Counted from the stretch's first letter, positions 1 through 12,872 are shown. The stretch is 64,000 bases of DNA from Haliotis cracherodii (GCF_022045235.1 NW_027266286.1:1319856-1383855); one strand, 5' to 3'. The notes: a model not told the origin generated them from the letters alone. A program made the numbers and translations.

Positions 1-168
1 AAATAATCGAGTTTGGACCAGACAATCCAGTGATTGACATCATGAGCATTGATCCTCGCAATTGAGATACGATGACATGCATCAACCAAGTCAGTGAGCC
101 GGACCACCCGATCCTGTTAGTCGCCTTTTACGGCAAGCATAGTCGCCTGGTACGCCAAGCATAGATCT
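1..168 (-). mobile_element. SINE family A copy (antisense on +), truncated by the window edge
   Basis: Matches at least 11 other copies (..ggaccagacaatccagtgat..gtcgccttttacggcaagcat..). Confidence 0.7.
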
Positions 169-169
169 G

Positions 170-329
170 GACCTGTAAATACCCTGTGTTAACCTTTTCA
201 AGGTTGCATGATCTTGTAAGTGACATTCTGATTGGTCGGATGAAAGGTTGTTCTGACATGTTCCATGATGGGATGTCCTCAGACGTTTGTTCAGCGGGAG
301 TGAGAACAAGGATATGATTTTAATGAGAT
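170..329. mobile_element. MITE family 1, right-half fragment
   Basis: Aligns to 45240-45446 (..gtcggatgaaaggt..gggatgtcc..gattttaatgagat). Confidence 0.55.
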
Positions 330-569
330 ATATCAGTGATATGATTATATTGTTACAGATTAGGGTGTCATGTTTCGCACACATCCCATTCTACAAGTTA
401 TATTTGTATTTGCCTGCAGGTGGCGCCTGACTCGCCAGTGTTGGAAGAAACGCCAAACAAGAAAAGCAAGTTGAAGCGGATATCCTGGCCCTAGCTGTCA
501 TCGTGTATTGTGTGTGTATGTCACGGCACCAGATTCCTGGCTGAAGACCTCACAGTGCAGACCATGTGT

Positions 570-755
570 GTTTGATGGTGTGCCAGCTGCAGTTGTCATG
601 GTTGCATAGTTAAGGAGTTTGATGGTGCTCCAGCTGCAGTTGTCATGGTTACACAGTGTAAGGAGGTTTATGGTGTGCCAGCTGCAGTTGTCATGGTTAC
701 ACAGTGTAAGAAGTTTGATGGTGTACCCAGCTCCAGTTGTCATGGTTACCATTTC
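570..755. repeat. 57-bp tandem repeat, about 3.3 copies
   Basis: gtttgatggtgtgccagctgcagttgtcatggttacacagtgtaaggag repeated. Confidence 0.8.
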
Positions 756-1416
756 ATGACGGACCTGAATCCAGGTGTTGCCATGATTACTCAGTTTGTA
801 CTGGTTCTACAACCATGTAAGTATGATGAAGGTCAAACATGATGGTATTTCTACAAGATGCAATCTGTGCCAAAACATGACTGGCCCAAACTTGGCTTTA
901 TTTTCAGTTGAGTGTGAAAATGGTTAAGTGTTCATCCCTGGTTGACTTTGATGTGGTTGAGTATAACATGGAATGTTCCAACACTGTCAGCCACATTCAC
1001 GGGTGTCCCTTGCTCAGGCCCAATGATCCTTAAGCCAGGACAGCTGGAATGTCACAGACTGCCACAAATCAACAGTCACTCACTCATCCTGGCATGGAAT
1101 TTATGAATAATGTACAGGTACTGACTGTTTCAGATGTCAGTTTGGGCAAATGTAGAGAAATGAGTTTTAAACCTCTTGTCACCTACATCATTGCACGTGG
1201 AACATTTCACACACAAATGATGTAAACTAGTTATGATGACTCGCGTATCGCGATATGTGAGGTAAGCATATCGTGACATCTCTGGGATAAGTGGAAAGGA
1301 AATGTCACTCGTCCCTCCTGAATTTTACTCATCTTGGACAGAAAACTTTAATTTCAAACCATGACCTTTAGTTCGGTTCCTGGAACATTATGGGCCCAGT
1401 ATACATGTGACATTAA

Positions 1417-1566
1417 TAATCCCTGACTAGTCTCACCATGGATTTACTCGTACAGCTGTGTGTTGATGGGGCTTGTACTGGGGAAACTGCTTAATCCCTG
1501 ACTAGTCTCACCATGGATGTACTCGTACAGCTGTGTGTTGACGGTGCTTGTACTGGGGACACTGCT
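1417..1566. repeat. 74-bp tandem duplication (2 copies)
   Basis: Direct read. Confidence 0.8.
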
Positions 1567-1697
1567 TAGTCCACGTTTATTGTCCAAACAACATTTAGTG
1601 TCTGCTAACCAAGTCTATCAATCTAGTGCAATATTGTGAAATGCAAGTCGGCTTACCATATTTACCCTATTAAGTGCTCTACTCTAATAAGCACCTC

Positions 1698-1763
1698 ATC
1701 ACTCACTCACTCACTCTCACTCACTCACTCTCACTCACTCACTCACTCACTCACTCACTCACG
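1698..1763. repeat. (CACT)n microsatellite
   Basis: Direct read. Confidence 0.9.
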
Positions 1764-2040
1764 CAGTGGCAACAAATGTAATTTAATGATGTATGGCTTC
1801 AGTAAGTTTCCCCTCTTTGCCATTTGTCTAAGCTCCATGTGTAACATGGTCACTAAAACCAGCAAGTAAGCAGGAGAAATGTGTGAGAATTGGTGGGAAA
1901 GCTGTTCAAGGGAGATAACCACAGATAGCTTAATTACTTTCAGCTGATTGGTCCGTTTTGACCTCCACACATTTTGGTATCTAATCTTTTTACATGTTCT
2001 AACGTATTTAATTGTATAGATTTTCAAGATCCAAAAGAGA

Positions 2041-2340
2041 TTGATAGTTGGTATTATTCACTGGCCCTGTCGTCTGCTGCTGTGTGTCACGAGCCGGCAG
2101 TTGTTGGTTGGTGGTGTACCTGTTGGCATGGTTGGTAACCATAAGGGAGCAAAATTCTGTCATGTGACCTATATCCTGGCACAGCTGGCAAGCCTTGACA
2201 CCCTGGCCTGTGAATATCACCCTGTAAAGGTCTGTGTCCACCTTACTCCAATCCACTTTCCAGTTCTGTTGCTCAAAGAGGGCTGCTGCTTTAGCCGAAA
2301 ACTTGCGACGACACATCTCCAGGATGTGACACAGATGGAT
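2041..2340 (-). pseudogene. Gag-like fragment with CCHC zinc knuckle (CQLCQDIGHMTEFC), abutting a (CA)n array
   Basis: C-x2-C-x4-H-x4-C in the minus-strand ORF 2008-2535. Confidence 0.3.
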
Positions 2341-2372
2341 GGACGGACGCACGCACGCACACACGCACACGC

Positions 2373-2410
<38 letters not shown>

Positions 2411-2413
2411 ACA
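2341..2413. repeat. (CACG/CA)n microsatellite
   Basis: Direct read. Confidence 0.9.
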
Positions 2414-2554
2414 GGTATGCCATAAGTATTTATAAATATACAATTTATTTTAAACTTTACAATTTTCTCTAGCTTGTCTGATGGAACTTTCTTCCAAGGA
2501 TGACAGGTTATCTGACAACTTGGAGATACTGTCATGTAGAGATTTATATTTCTT

Positions 2555-3205
2555 GTTCATCTTGTTTATGAATAGGTTTTCTGTCTTCCTTTTTCTGACT
2601 TCTTCTTCAAGGTCATGTATTTGGAACAGAGCTTCTTTAATCTTGTTCGACGAGTCCATATTTACTGCTTTAAGATTATGGTTAAATTGGTAGAGCTGTC
2701 TTCTAGGCACTGCTATGGACGGCATGTGCTGGTTGAGCCGTGTGTCCTGATTAATGAAGGATTCTTTTAGTGACAGTACATACTGATGAGAGGTCAATAT
2801 TGAACCCACTTTAGTAGCAGTTTCCTTCTTTGGGGAGGTTTTGTTTTTGCCGGTGTTTGTTTAGATGGAGCTTGGGTTGTATGGATAATCTGATCATTAG
2901 TTGAGATCATTGAGAGATTTATGTTGCTTGGTTACGGATAAATTGTCTGTCTTCAGCTTCCCGACATCTTCTTCCATAGGTTGTATTCTTAGCATAGTCG
3001 TAGCTTCTTCACTCCTGTTTGACAAGTGTGTATTTACCGCTGTAAGTGTATTGTTAAATTGGGAGAGTTATCTTTTACGCACTGCTTGTTGATAGCTGGT
3101 GCTGGTCGAGCCTTGTCTCCTGATTAATGAAGGGTTCTTTAAGTGATTGTACAGATTGATGAGAGGTTAACATTGAACCCACCTCAGTAACAATTCCTTT
3201 TTGGG
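2555..3205. repeat. Two diverged tandem copies (~280 bp each, ~75% identity, ~370-bp period)
   Basis: 2600-2825 aligns to 2965-3200. Confidence 0.6.
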
Positions 3206-5153
3206 AATGTGTTCTGTTTGGCAAGTGTATCTTCAGCTGTAGCCTTGGTGCAGACACTAGCTGAATCTGTATCACTCCCTGAGTCAGTCTCTTTGATTTG
3301 GGAGATAAATTCTTTAAGATTTACGTGATGTTATGCTAAACGGATGTTCAGAAATTTTATTTGAACATGATTCTATAAGGCAGAGTGTTCAAATGAAAGA
3401 TTTTGAATCCAGTCAGCATAACATCACACAAATCTCATCCAACAAAATATGTATCGACTTTGTAACATGAACGTTATTTAAAATCGATATTTAGGAGGAA
3501 CTAATTAACTGAGCACATGACAAAACAAAACTGTCGTTAGCAAAACATCTCCTCGTGCTTACCTTCGACATCATGCATGATATCGGGTGCCGCGAAACCA
3601 ATCAAGGTACTCCAATAATGATGGTTCATTTTACTAAAGAAGTGGTAACATTTTCATGCCCATTTTTCAGAAAAAAATAACAACAAACGTCATAAATTCA
3701 ATTCTTTATCACAGTCCTTTTTCTCACTTGTAATTTGTAGTATGCATATCTTTGATATACAAATAATCAAAAAAAGAAAATACAAGTTGAACTCTCCTGA
3801 AACGGAGGTGGTGACAAGCTGCATCAAACATGTGACATGCAGCTTAGCTGGGATGGAAGAAGTTGTGTCTTGACTTCTTCTCTTGTGAGTGACGTTATAT
3901 CAAACACAAGCATCCATTTCACATCCTTACTTGTGTAATAGGCACCCTCTAGCGGGCTGCCCAGTGACAGGATTGCAATCGGAGAGTACTAAGTTCGAAC
4001 CCTGTTCATATAATTGCGGACTTTGTGTTGTGTTCTACTGTGATCAGTCATGAACAGCGTACTCTCTCGAGGTTCTATGGTTGGTCAAGTTCTCAATTTT
4101 GCCAAAACAAAAAACTAAGACAAAAATCATAATTAGATGATTTATTAAACTTAACAAAATGTACAAATTAACAATAAATCAGAAAAATACAAAAAGAAAG
4201 CACTCACACACAATTAAACCTTTACTGTTGGCCTAAATTTTCTTATCCTTAACTGCCTAATTTATCTTATTTTCTCCTACACCTACTTCTCCCCAACACC
4301 ACTATTCCAGTAACTATACTAAATAAATACCTTACAAAACCTACATTTTAACTTATTTCTTACTCTCCAACCTACCTAAATCCTTACTTCTACATATTTA
4401 CCCCCCATATGATAAACCTACACTTAAAACTAATTGTAAGGAAAACCTTATTGCCTAGAGGGATGTTCCCCCGTAGTGGCTGCTGTGGACTTACTTGTCG
4501 GGATACCCATAACTTCAGACACCTGATCTGGGTCGTATCAGGCTTTTATACCCACGGAACTAACCATATTCATAGGTCACAGGGTCATACAATCTTCTAA
4601 GCTTCCCATTGGTCAAATGACAATTCCTAACATAGCATGTTCGGCGACACCTATAGATCCGGAAACACGCTACGGCAGGAAGACATGTGGACCTCGCAAC
4701 CATCATAGGAAATTTCAATGGAATTTTGCTGCCAAACGTGAGTAATATATAGATTGACTACAAGGTAACGACTTCCACCAGCCCTGCTGAAGCACTGCAA
4801 AGCCCTATAATATACAACCCTTACTAAACACAAAAATTATACTTACCGCCATAGTACCTGATAAATTACAAACTATTTTTAGCCCAACTGCCACATACCT
4901 CCCCCCTTAAGATCAAAATTACCCAATTTTGTCCCCAAAATACTCCTTTCTTTAACACAATGCTCTCATACATACAGATAAATAACAACAACAGATCAAC
5001 AGAAAAACAACAAAAAGAGACATCAACAACAACAGATTCAGTCGGAGTCCAAGTTGTTGATGGCTTCCAGCTCCTCTTCCTCCAGTTCTTCCCAAGATCT
5101 CCTCCTTGACGGCAGCCGGTGTCTCCTGCGCTGTGCAGCTTCCTTGAGTGATA

Positions 5154-5645
5154 TCATACCTTGGCTGACAAACATGCTGCTCCATGGGACGAAGACGATC
5201 CAGAGACGGAGGTCGGGGTTCCTGTTGTCCGTCGCCACAGCAACATCACTGAGCCAGGACGCACAAAACAAGCATTTGGTAACCGGACTGGCTGTACTTC
5301 ACCCGAAGGATGTATCTTGAGGTGTTGTCTACATGAACTGGATTTATTAAAAACCCTCTTGCAGATGCTGCACTGGTGGCGGAGGATGTCCTCCTTATGC
5401 CGGGCCAACCAGTGGTCTAGATAGTCTCCATACTTCATAAAAACTCTGCTGATGCAGCCTGGGACTTTACAACGCATCCCCTCCTCTGTCCATAATGGCC
5501 GATCCTGCTCCAAAGAGTTCTTCAACTCATCTGGGTCGACATTGACTTCGAACGTGTCCATCCTAAAACAAGTGGAAGATAACTTCCAAGGAATCGATGT
5601 CGCCCTACAAACATTCTTTTTATTTCTTATGTTTAAAACCAACAC
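5154..5645 (-). mobile_element. Degenerate TE-associated ORF with C2H2 zinc finger (HQCSICKRVFNKSSSCRQHLKIH)
   Basis: C-x2-C-x12-H-x3-H; paralogous copy at 8198-8437. Confidence 0.4.
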
Positions 5646-5777
5646 CCAACTTAAAAAACAACAACAAATACAACATAAATCAAGAGATATAATTTATTTT
5701 GGAAAATAACGAAGCATAATGACGAAACTTATTAAAATCGGACGCGATAATCAGAGAGTTTACAAATCTCCAAACAC

Positions 5778-6110
5778 CTACGGGGAAAACATTTTCCTTG
5801 GCTTTACAGTCCTCCCTACTCTAGTTCTGACTGGTGGTGGAAATAGACTACACTTAACACCATCCCCCTCTTCCTGCCCAACAGATTCATCTGCAGACTC
5901 TGGAGCAGATTCAGTAGACAAAGATAACTCTGTCCTTGGCCTATCAGAATGTAACCAAGTCTGGGGTGTATCAGTACCGTGGAAAGGTTTAAGATGATCC
6001 ACATGCACATTGACAATACGACCAGTACTGCTTTTCTGAATTTGGTAGGTTAAGTCTGAAACGTAACCAACTACAAGATAAGGACCATCCCAACCTAATC
6101 CCAATCTCAT
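5778..6110 (-). mobile_element. Retroelement fragment: integrase C-terminal GPY/F module (GPYLVVGYVSDLTYQIQ..VNVHVDHLKPFHG)
   Basis: Motif typical of Ty3/Gypsy integrase C-termini; ORF truncated and interrupted by the mini-MITE. Confidence 0.5.
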
Positions 6111-6201
6111 TAAAATCAGATCTTAGTTGTCGCTGCCGCTTGGATGTCCTCAGATCTTTGTTTAGCGGTAGCAACAACTAAGATCTGATTTTAATGAGAT
6201 T
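6102..6201. mobile_element. MITE family 1, TIR-only deletion derivative (perfect 28-bp inverted ends)
   Basis: aatctcattaaaatcagatcttagttgt ... acaactaagatctgattttaatgagatt; flanking direct repeat about AACCTAATC. Confidence 0.7.
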
Positions 6202-6360
6202 AAACCTAATCCCAACTTTTGATTTGGCTTTGGTGGATACCACCGCCAGACAAACTCCCCAATTTCAAAAGACCTAGTCTTAAAGCCCTGTTCATAATTC
6301 CGTTTTTGAGCTGCAGCCGCAACTTCCTTTCGGGATCTATCGTCTCTCTCCCTTCAGCTG

Positions 6361-6918
6361 TTGAGCTTGAAGGCGGCGTTCCTTGTGGCAGTGACGTCAG
6401 GTAGACGGGTAGGCGACATTCACGCAATGTCCGCCGATCCCGAGCTGACCGTCTTTCACCGGGACAAAGTCAGTATTCGCCTACCAGACTCTTACCGTCC
6501 CAAGGTCACACATGCCTTCCACATGACGGCTCCTATTGAGCTACCTGCTCTTTCACAGCCTTCCTCGTCGGGGACCTCTGCAAGACATGCTCATGTCTTG
6601 GATGTCCGCAAGATTCTCAAGGTCTATATCAGCAAGACTAAGGATATCCGTAAGCATAACCAATTATTCTGCTGTTGCGGCGGTAGGAAGGCTGGCTCCC
6701 CTGCGACCAAACAGTCTATCTCGCGGTGGATTGTTTCTATAATTTGTTCGGCATATACCAACAAAGGGAGGGACCCCCCTGAGGGGCTGAAAGCTCATTC
6801 GGTTAGAGCAGTGGCTACGTCAAAGGCGTATGCCGCAGCTGTGCCCATTGAGGAGATCTGCTCCGCGGCTATTTGGAACCCGTCCGAGCACGTTCATCAA
6901 ACATTACCAAATCGATAA
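6361..6918 (+). pseudogene. Tyrosine recombinase (DIRS/Crypton-like) C-terminal domain fragment
   Basis: ..TSGRRVGDI.. and ..KAHSVRAVATSKAYAAAVPIEEICSAAIWNPSEH.. (H-x-x-R box); the ORF stops before the expected catalytic Tyr. Confidence 0.45.
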
Positions 6919-7378
6919 ACACTCTAGGGAGCGTGCTCGGTTCGGTCAGTCAGTTCTCTTCACTGGACAGAGTTCTACATCTCTAGCCGATTGAGTCTTC
7001 AAGATTTTAGAATGTCCTCCGGTTTTCTTGGCTTTGTAATGCTCCGTCTCCTCTCTTCTCTCCGAGACTGACAATTCTTGGGTAGCCATTACTAATCGAT
7101 AAAGCACTCGTTTTGCACACGGCACTCGCTCGATCCTACGGGACCCTATAGCCTGCCTAGCTAGCAGGCGTGTTGTCCCCATTGTACAAAAGTGTGGGTG
7201 TGTGTGTGTTTTTTGAGTTTTCACTCACATTATGATGGCCCATTACTGGGGCTTTTTCATAGTATATGGCCTCTCGACGGTGGGTTCCATTTTTTTAATT
7301 CTCTTTCATAATGTGTTTATTTACACTTGTTGCAGATGGATGCCACTTCCTTTATTATCTTTAGGAGTCTATCTTGAA

Positions 7379-7740
7379 GCAATAAGTGCCCCAAGGAGGA
7401 TTTAATCTGAAAGAGAATCATACAAACCTGTAGAGGTTATGGATTCTCTGATAGAATCCTCCTTGGGGCACGGCCACCCACCTCCCCACATTCTGTCTGC
7501 TATGAGACATTGGAAAAGTGATTTGGGTGAGAGTTGCTCCCCTTGGCGTGTGTCGCCTGTAGAGGGTGAGGCCCCGTTGGGGTGGTCATATATCATTCAA
7601 AAACGTTGTTTTTTGTGTGTTAACATTTTTTATTAAGGAAAATGGTTACAACTATGTCATGTAGATTTTCTTGAGCAAGGAAAATGCAATAAGTGCCCCA
7701 AGGAGGATTTCATCAGAGAATCCATAGCCTCTACAGGTTT
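7379..7740. mobile_element. Foldback or MITE-like element with gcaataagtgccccaaggaggattt termini and an internal hairpin
   Basis: 17-bp stems gtgccccaaggaggatt / aatcctccttggggcac at 7385-7470; second terminal copy at 7683-7740. Confidence 0.4.
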
Positions 7741-7946
7741 GTACTAGTTTTCTGTTTATGCAACTTCAATTTGCCTTGTGAAGTTTTAAGAATCTTACGC
7801 CTAATCATAATGTCACAATCATAGGTCTCCAGGAAATCCAAATCAATAATACTACTCAAAGGTCCTAGGTCTGCAACAACAAACTCTGGCACTAACTGTG
7901 CACGACCAACAGTGAACTCAAATGTTGCACAACCATACACATTCAC
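7731..7946 (-). pseudogene. Retropepsin-like fragment (..FVVADLGPLSSIIDLDFLETYDCDIMIR..)
   Basis: Resembles the C-terminal ILG.DFL..ID region of LTR-retroelement proteases; weak. Confidence 0.3.
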
Positions 7947-8197
7947 CGGACTACCAGTAGCTGTGAAAAATTCAACAAATCAACAAATACAAATTAAAAT
8001 ATTGAGGGTCACTCCGAATCGGCATCAATTTACAGATATTTTAAATCTCTCATGTGCTGTTCTCTCTACTGCACCGTCGGGACGGGCACCGCCATCTTTC
8101 CTCCTGGGCTTGAAGCCGCGCTTCTTCATGGATCTGCGTACCTTGGACCTGGGTGTCCTGTCTAGGGGGTCTAGGGGGCAATACGTCTTCGGGGTCC

Positions 8198-8437
8198 CTA
8201 TACTCTTGGTTGGGCCTCTCCTCCAAGATAATTCAAGGCCGCGGGGCGATGAATCTTCACATGAGCCTTGGTATGGGTTCTTTTCTTGTAAAGCTTCCCA
8301 CATTGGTCGCACCGGGATAAAGTTACATGTTTGTGAAAAACGGGCCCAGTGGTCCAAAGCAGGAATAGTGACATCCAGTGACACTTCATTCCCCCTGTTG
8401 GCCAGTCCTCCCTAAGTGTCTTCAATTCAAAGTCCAT
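8198..8437 (-). mobile_element. Second copy of the C2H2 finger ORF (SRCDQCGKLYKKRTHTKAHVKIH)
   Basis: Paralog of 5154-5645. Confidence 0.4.
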
Positions 8438-8567
8438 TCTTTCTGATGCGTCGACTTCTATTTCAATTTCAATTTCTTTAATAAAAATAAGATATATGTG
8501 GAGCTACCCTCAGGATCTGTGGATCAATAAGGCTACCCTCAGGATCAATAAAACATAATCAGGTCTC

Positions 8568-8858
8568 CTAGGGAGAATAACGGTCTCGAGGTTTCACAAT
8601 TCTTCCCCTTCTGGTCCTAACAGGTGTTGCCGAAGCATGCGGACTAGATCCCAAATTATCCATTGAATCACCTAAAGAATCCACCCCATGTAAATTGTTT
8701 AATTCACTAACAGGTTCTGTTTCTGTTTGACAGGTGGATTGAACTATAATGATGATTTTCCCATGATGGGAACGATGGTAGCATAAATCTTGACTAGTCA
8801 CTGAACCCAACAGTTCTCCATCACTGTTTAGGTCATACATGCTTGGCACCACTGACAT
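8568..8858 (-). mobile_element. Retroelement ORF fragment (..RTRRGRIVKPRDRYSP), paralog of 5778-5900; source of the 109-bp satellite
   Basis: Shares the ..RTR.GR.VKPR...SP tail with 5778-6110; its ..HHGKIIIIVQSTCQTE.. segment matches the satellite unit. Confidence 0.45.
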
Positions 8859-9124
8859 GATAATTGATAATACAGTTTTAGAATGTTCTTGAATGTGTTT
8901 TCTTGAAGGACATTCCTCTACACATGACCTCTTGCATTTAACCTAGTCTTGGAGTACCGGCTCTTGTTGCAAAATAAAGTTAATATAATATATACGGTAC
9001 TGTTTGCATATTTATCTGATATTCTTACGATCCGATCTGATGCTTGAATGGTTTCACCTTCCTGTGAGCCCCCTGAATCAGCTCAACCCGGAGTGGCTGT
9101 GGTAGACAGTCACACTGTTGGACT

Positions 9125-9925
9125 GACCTGGTCTTTTATTTTCCCATAATGAGGACGGTGGTCGACGTTCATGCTGTAGGAGCTAGGTTGTCCATCTATA
9201 CACCCATGTTTGAAAGGTGGATTGACCTAGTCTTTGAATAGTGATGATTTTCCCATAATGGGGAAGGTGGTTGATGTTCATGCACCAGGAGCTAGGTTGT
9301 CCATCTATACACCCATGTTTGACAGGTGGATTGACCTGGTCTTTGAATCGTGATGATTTTCCCATAATGAGGACGGTGGTCGACGTTCATGCTGTAGGAG
9401 CTAGGTTGTCCATCTATACACCCATGTTTGACAGGTGGATTGACCTGATCTTTGAATAGTGATGATTTTCCCATAATGAGGACGATGGTTGACGTTCATG
9501 CTGTAGGAGCTAGGTTGTCCATCTATACACCCATGTTTGACAGGTGGATTGACCTGGTCTTTGAATAATGATGATTTTCCCATAATGAGGACGGTGGTTG
9601 ACGTTCATGCACCAGGAGCTAGGTTGTCCATCTATACACCCATGTTTGACAGGTGGACTGACCTGATCTTTGAATAATGATGATTTTCCCATAATGGGGA
9701 CGGTGGTTGACGTTCATGCTGTAGGAGCTAGGTTGTCCATCTATACACCCATGTTTGACTGGTGGATTGACCTGATCTTTGAATCGTGATGATTTTCCCA
9801 TAATGGGGACGGTGGATAACGTTCATGCTGTAGGAGCTAGGTTGTCCATCTATACACCCATGTTTGACAGGTGGATTGACCTGGTCTTTAAATAGTGATG
9901 ATTTTCCCATAATGGGGACGGTGGT
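9125..9925. repeat. 109-bp satellite, about 7.3 copies, embedded in a higher-order repeat spanning 8700-10910
   Basis: ORF periodicity of 109 bp; A-units (~340 bp) at 8775-9125, 9925-10265 and 10508-10855 alternate with B-unit runs. Confidence 0.85.
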
Positions 9926-12872
9926 AGCATAAATCTTGACTAGTCACTGAACCTAACAGTTCTCCATTGCTGGTTAGGTCACACACTGACGTGATAATTT
10001 ATTATACAGTTTTGGAATGTTCTTGAATGTGTTTTCTTGAACGACATTCCTCTGCACATGACCTCTTGCATTGACTCAGTCTTGGAGTACTGGCTCTTGT
10101 TGGAAAATAAAGTTAATATAATATATACTGTACTGTTTGCATATTTATCTGATATTCTTACGATCCGATCTGATGCCTGAATGGTTTCACCTTCCTGTGA
10201 GCCCCCTGAATCAGCTCAACCCGGAGTGGCTGTGGTAGACAGTCACACTGTTGGACTGACCTGGTCTTTTATTTTCCCATAATGAGGACGGTGGTCGACG
10301 TTCATGCTGTAGGAGCTAGGTTGTCCATCTATACACCCATGTTTAACAGGTGGATTGACCTGGTCTTTGAATCGTGATGATTTTCCCATAATGGGGAAGG
10401 TGGTTGACGTTCATGCTGTAGGAGCTAGGTTGTCCATCTATACACCCATGTTTGACAGGTGGATTGACCTGGTCTTTGAATCGTGATGATTTTCCCATAA
10501 TGGGCATGGTAGTAGCATAAATCTTGACTAGTCACTGAACTTAACAGTTCTCCATTGCTGGTTAGGTCACACACTGATGTGATAATTTATTATACAGTTT
10601 TGGAATGTTCTTGAATGTGTTTTCTTGAACGACATTCCTCTGCACATGACCTCTTGCATTGACTTGGTCTTGGAGTACTGGCTCTTGTTGGAAAATAAAG
10701 TTAATATAATATATACTGTACTGTTTGCATATTTATCTGATATTCTTACGATCCGATCTGATGCCTGAATGGTTTCACCTTCCTGTGAGCCCCCTGAATC
10801 AGCTCAACCCGGAGTGGCTGTGGTAGACAGTCACACTGTTGGACTGACCTGGTCCTTGAATAGTGATGATTTTCCCATAATGAGGACGGTGATTGACGTT
10901 CATGCAGCAGGAGTTTACCGTTGAGCTGCCGATAATGCAGTGAAAAACTGCTTCGCCTCACCTTTCAGTGACAAATGAAAGCAAGCAACCTTCTTCTCAT
11001 TTTCCGTGATTTCCTTCACTATGAACAAACTTTCCAGCTGGCTAAAATGATCACTAGAATCACACTCATCCCACTTCGATACTCCGTTAGTTCAGCACTG
11101 CCACCGATGAAAGAAGACTCAAGACACCAGTTAACTCAAACAATGTTTTCTTGCTCAGATCAAAACAATAACTGACAACACAACTTCCTGTATTACGATA
11201 TGACGTCATCATAACACTCGTACAATCATTCCAAACTACGTTGCTGTTAATGCGTTCTATGTATAGAAATACTTCCAAGTTTAGAGTTACCTCCTTTACA
11301 TCATTATATTCACACAGCAGCAACAGTGGTCCAGCTTCCAAGAGGGCTAGGCAGGGAATCAGGGATAAAGAGCGATTCTCACATGAAAGCTGGTTTCTTT
11401 CTCTGCTCCCAATCTCAATTTTTTTTTCAAATTCTAATTTTTTTCAAAGCCAAAACATCAGGTTTTTTCAATAAAAGCCGAAGCATCATCATCCAAAATG
11501 TTTCTCTCAACTAGGTAGTTATCACAATTTTCTTGACATCGGCCTTAAATGTACCCAATTTGATGTCAAGTTTGTATGTTTGGCCAATTAAACCAGTTCA
11601 GACCTTTTTAGCATAGAGACTTGTGTTGTTGAAGGTTGGCTAACAAATTCTTCTGGAAATCTGTATGTAAAAGAACTTGATGTGGAACCAACAACCAACA
11701 AATGGTATACAATCAACAAATGTATTACAAAATTGACTAGGTAAAAATTAACAAATCAACACAAATTACTGCACAGCAATTACAATGGCAGTACACAATG
11801 AAGTGGAAGTACAATATTCAGTGGTAAAAAATATTATGATAGTAGTGGTCAGTATCAAATACAAAAAAAAGTGGTGATAGCTAAAGTCAGTGATAAAAAT
11901 ATATATTCACCCAGCGGCGGCGGCGGTGGTCAAGCTTCTGAGGTGGGCCTGGGCAGGGAATACGTGTTGTGGCAGACGCTGTGTGTAGAGAAGGAGTAGC
12001 AAATATATGCTGGTATTAAAGGGAGATGTGTCACAGCAAGTCCATTTCTGGTGTCCTTCGTGGTAATATTGCTGGAAGATTGCTAAAAGTGGCGTAAAAG
12101 CAAACTCACTAACTCACTAATGGGAGGTGAGTTATTTACTGATGTGAATGACTGTCACGGGAGATCGTGTGATTAGGAAAGGTGTCAAACGGGTAAAGTT
12201 TCATATTGCAACTGGTATCCCTAATTTCATGTAGCTAAATATGTTCATAAATGTCAACAAAATTATTTATGATTTTGATACAAAACCCGAACATTTATGG
12301 GTAAAACCAACTGTCACTAAAGCATGCAGTCATTGGAATGAGATGCCCCCACACCTGTACCCACAATGCACCACGCCCTGTTGGATATAGCCAATGAGAG
12401 CTTCATTCTCACAAAATGTCTGTTTGGAATATAGCGATCCCTCCACTTCTCCTTCCTGCACTGTTGAATTATTTTTATTTTTTTAGTTTGACATCATGCA
12501 AAAGAAAAGTAAGAAAGAACCCTGTTGTATTTAAGATGGCAGTTCTGACCATCATGCGATATATTTGACTGAGACAAGATAGTACTTGAGTTAGCAGACA
12601 AAGAAAGTTGTTTGGACGACGTCATCTGCATAATTATAATTATTAATTGCTGAGTTAGAAATATTTGTAATATGTAATTAATGTCCGATCTTATGAAATG
12701 TAGAATTTGAACAATGTTCCATTTCCTGATATTCTCAACATGTCAGTTTTGCTGATGTGATAAGATTTGTTTGAAAGACGTGTAAATATGGAGAATGTTT
12801 CATTAAACATTTATGACTTACAATGCTTACTTGTGTTGTTTTATTTGTTCTTCAACTTTTCTTTTTTGGAAA

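Noticed and set aside
3850-4090. tRNA-like tail (..gttcgaaccctg..) near 3960-4010
   Set aside because: Isolated partial match. Probably a decayed SINE head. Not annotated.
11270-11960. Dispersed ~80-bp repeat pair (..cagcagcaacagtggtccagcttccaagagggctaggcagggaatc..) at 11270-11360 and 11885-11960
   Set aside because: Real similarity, but too short and diverged to classify. Possibly a fragment of an unrecognised TE.
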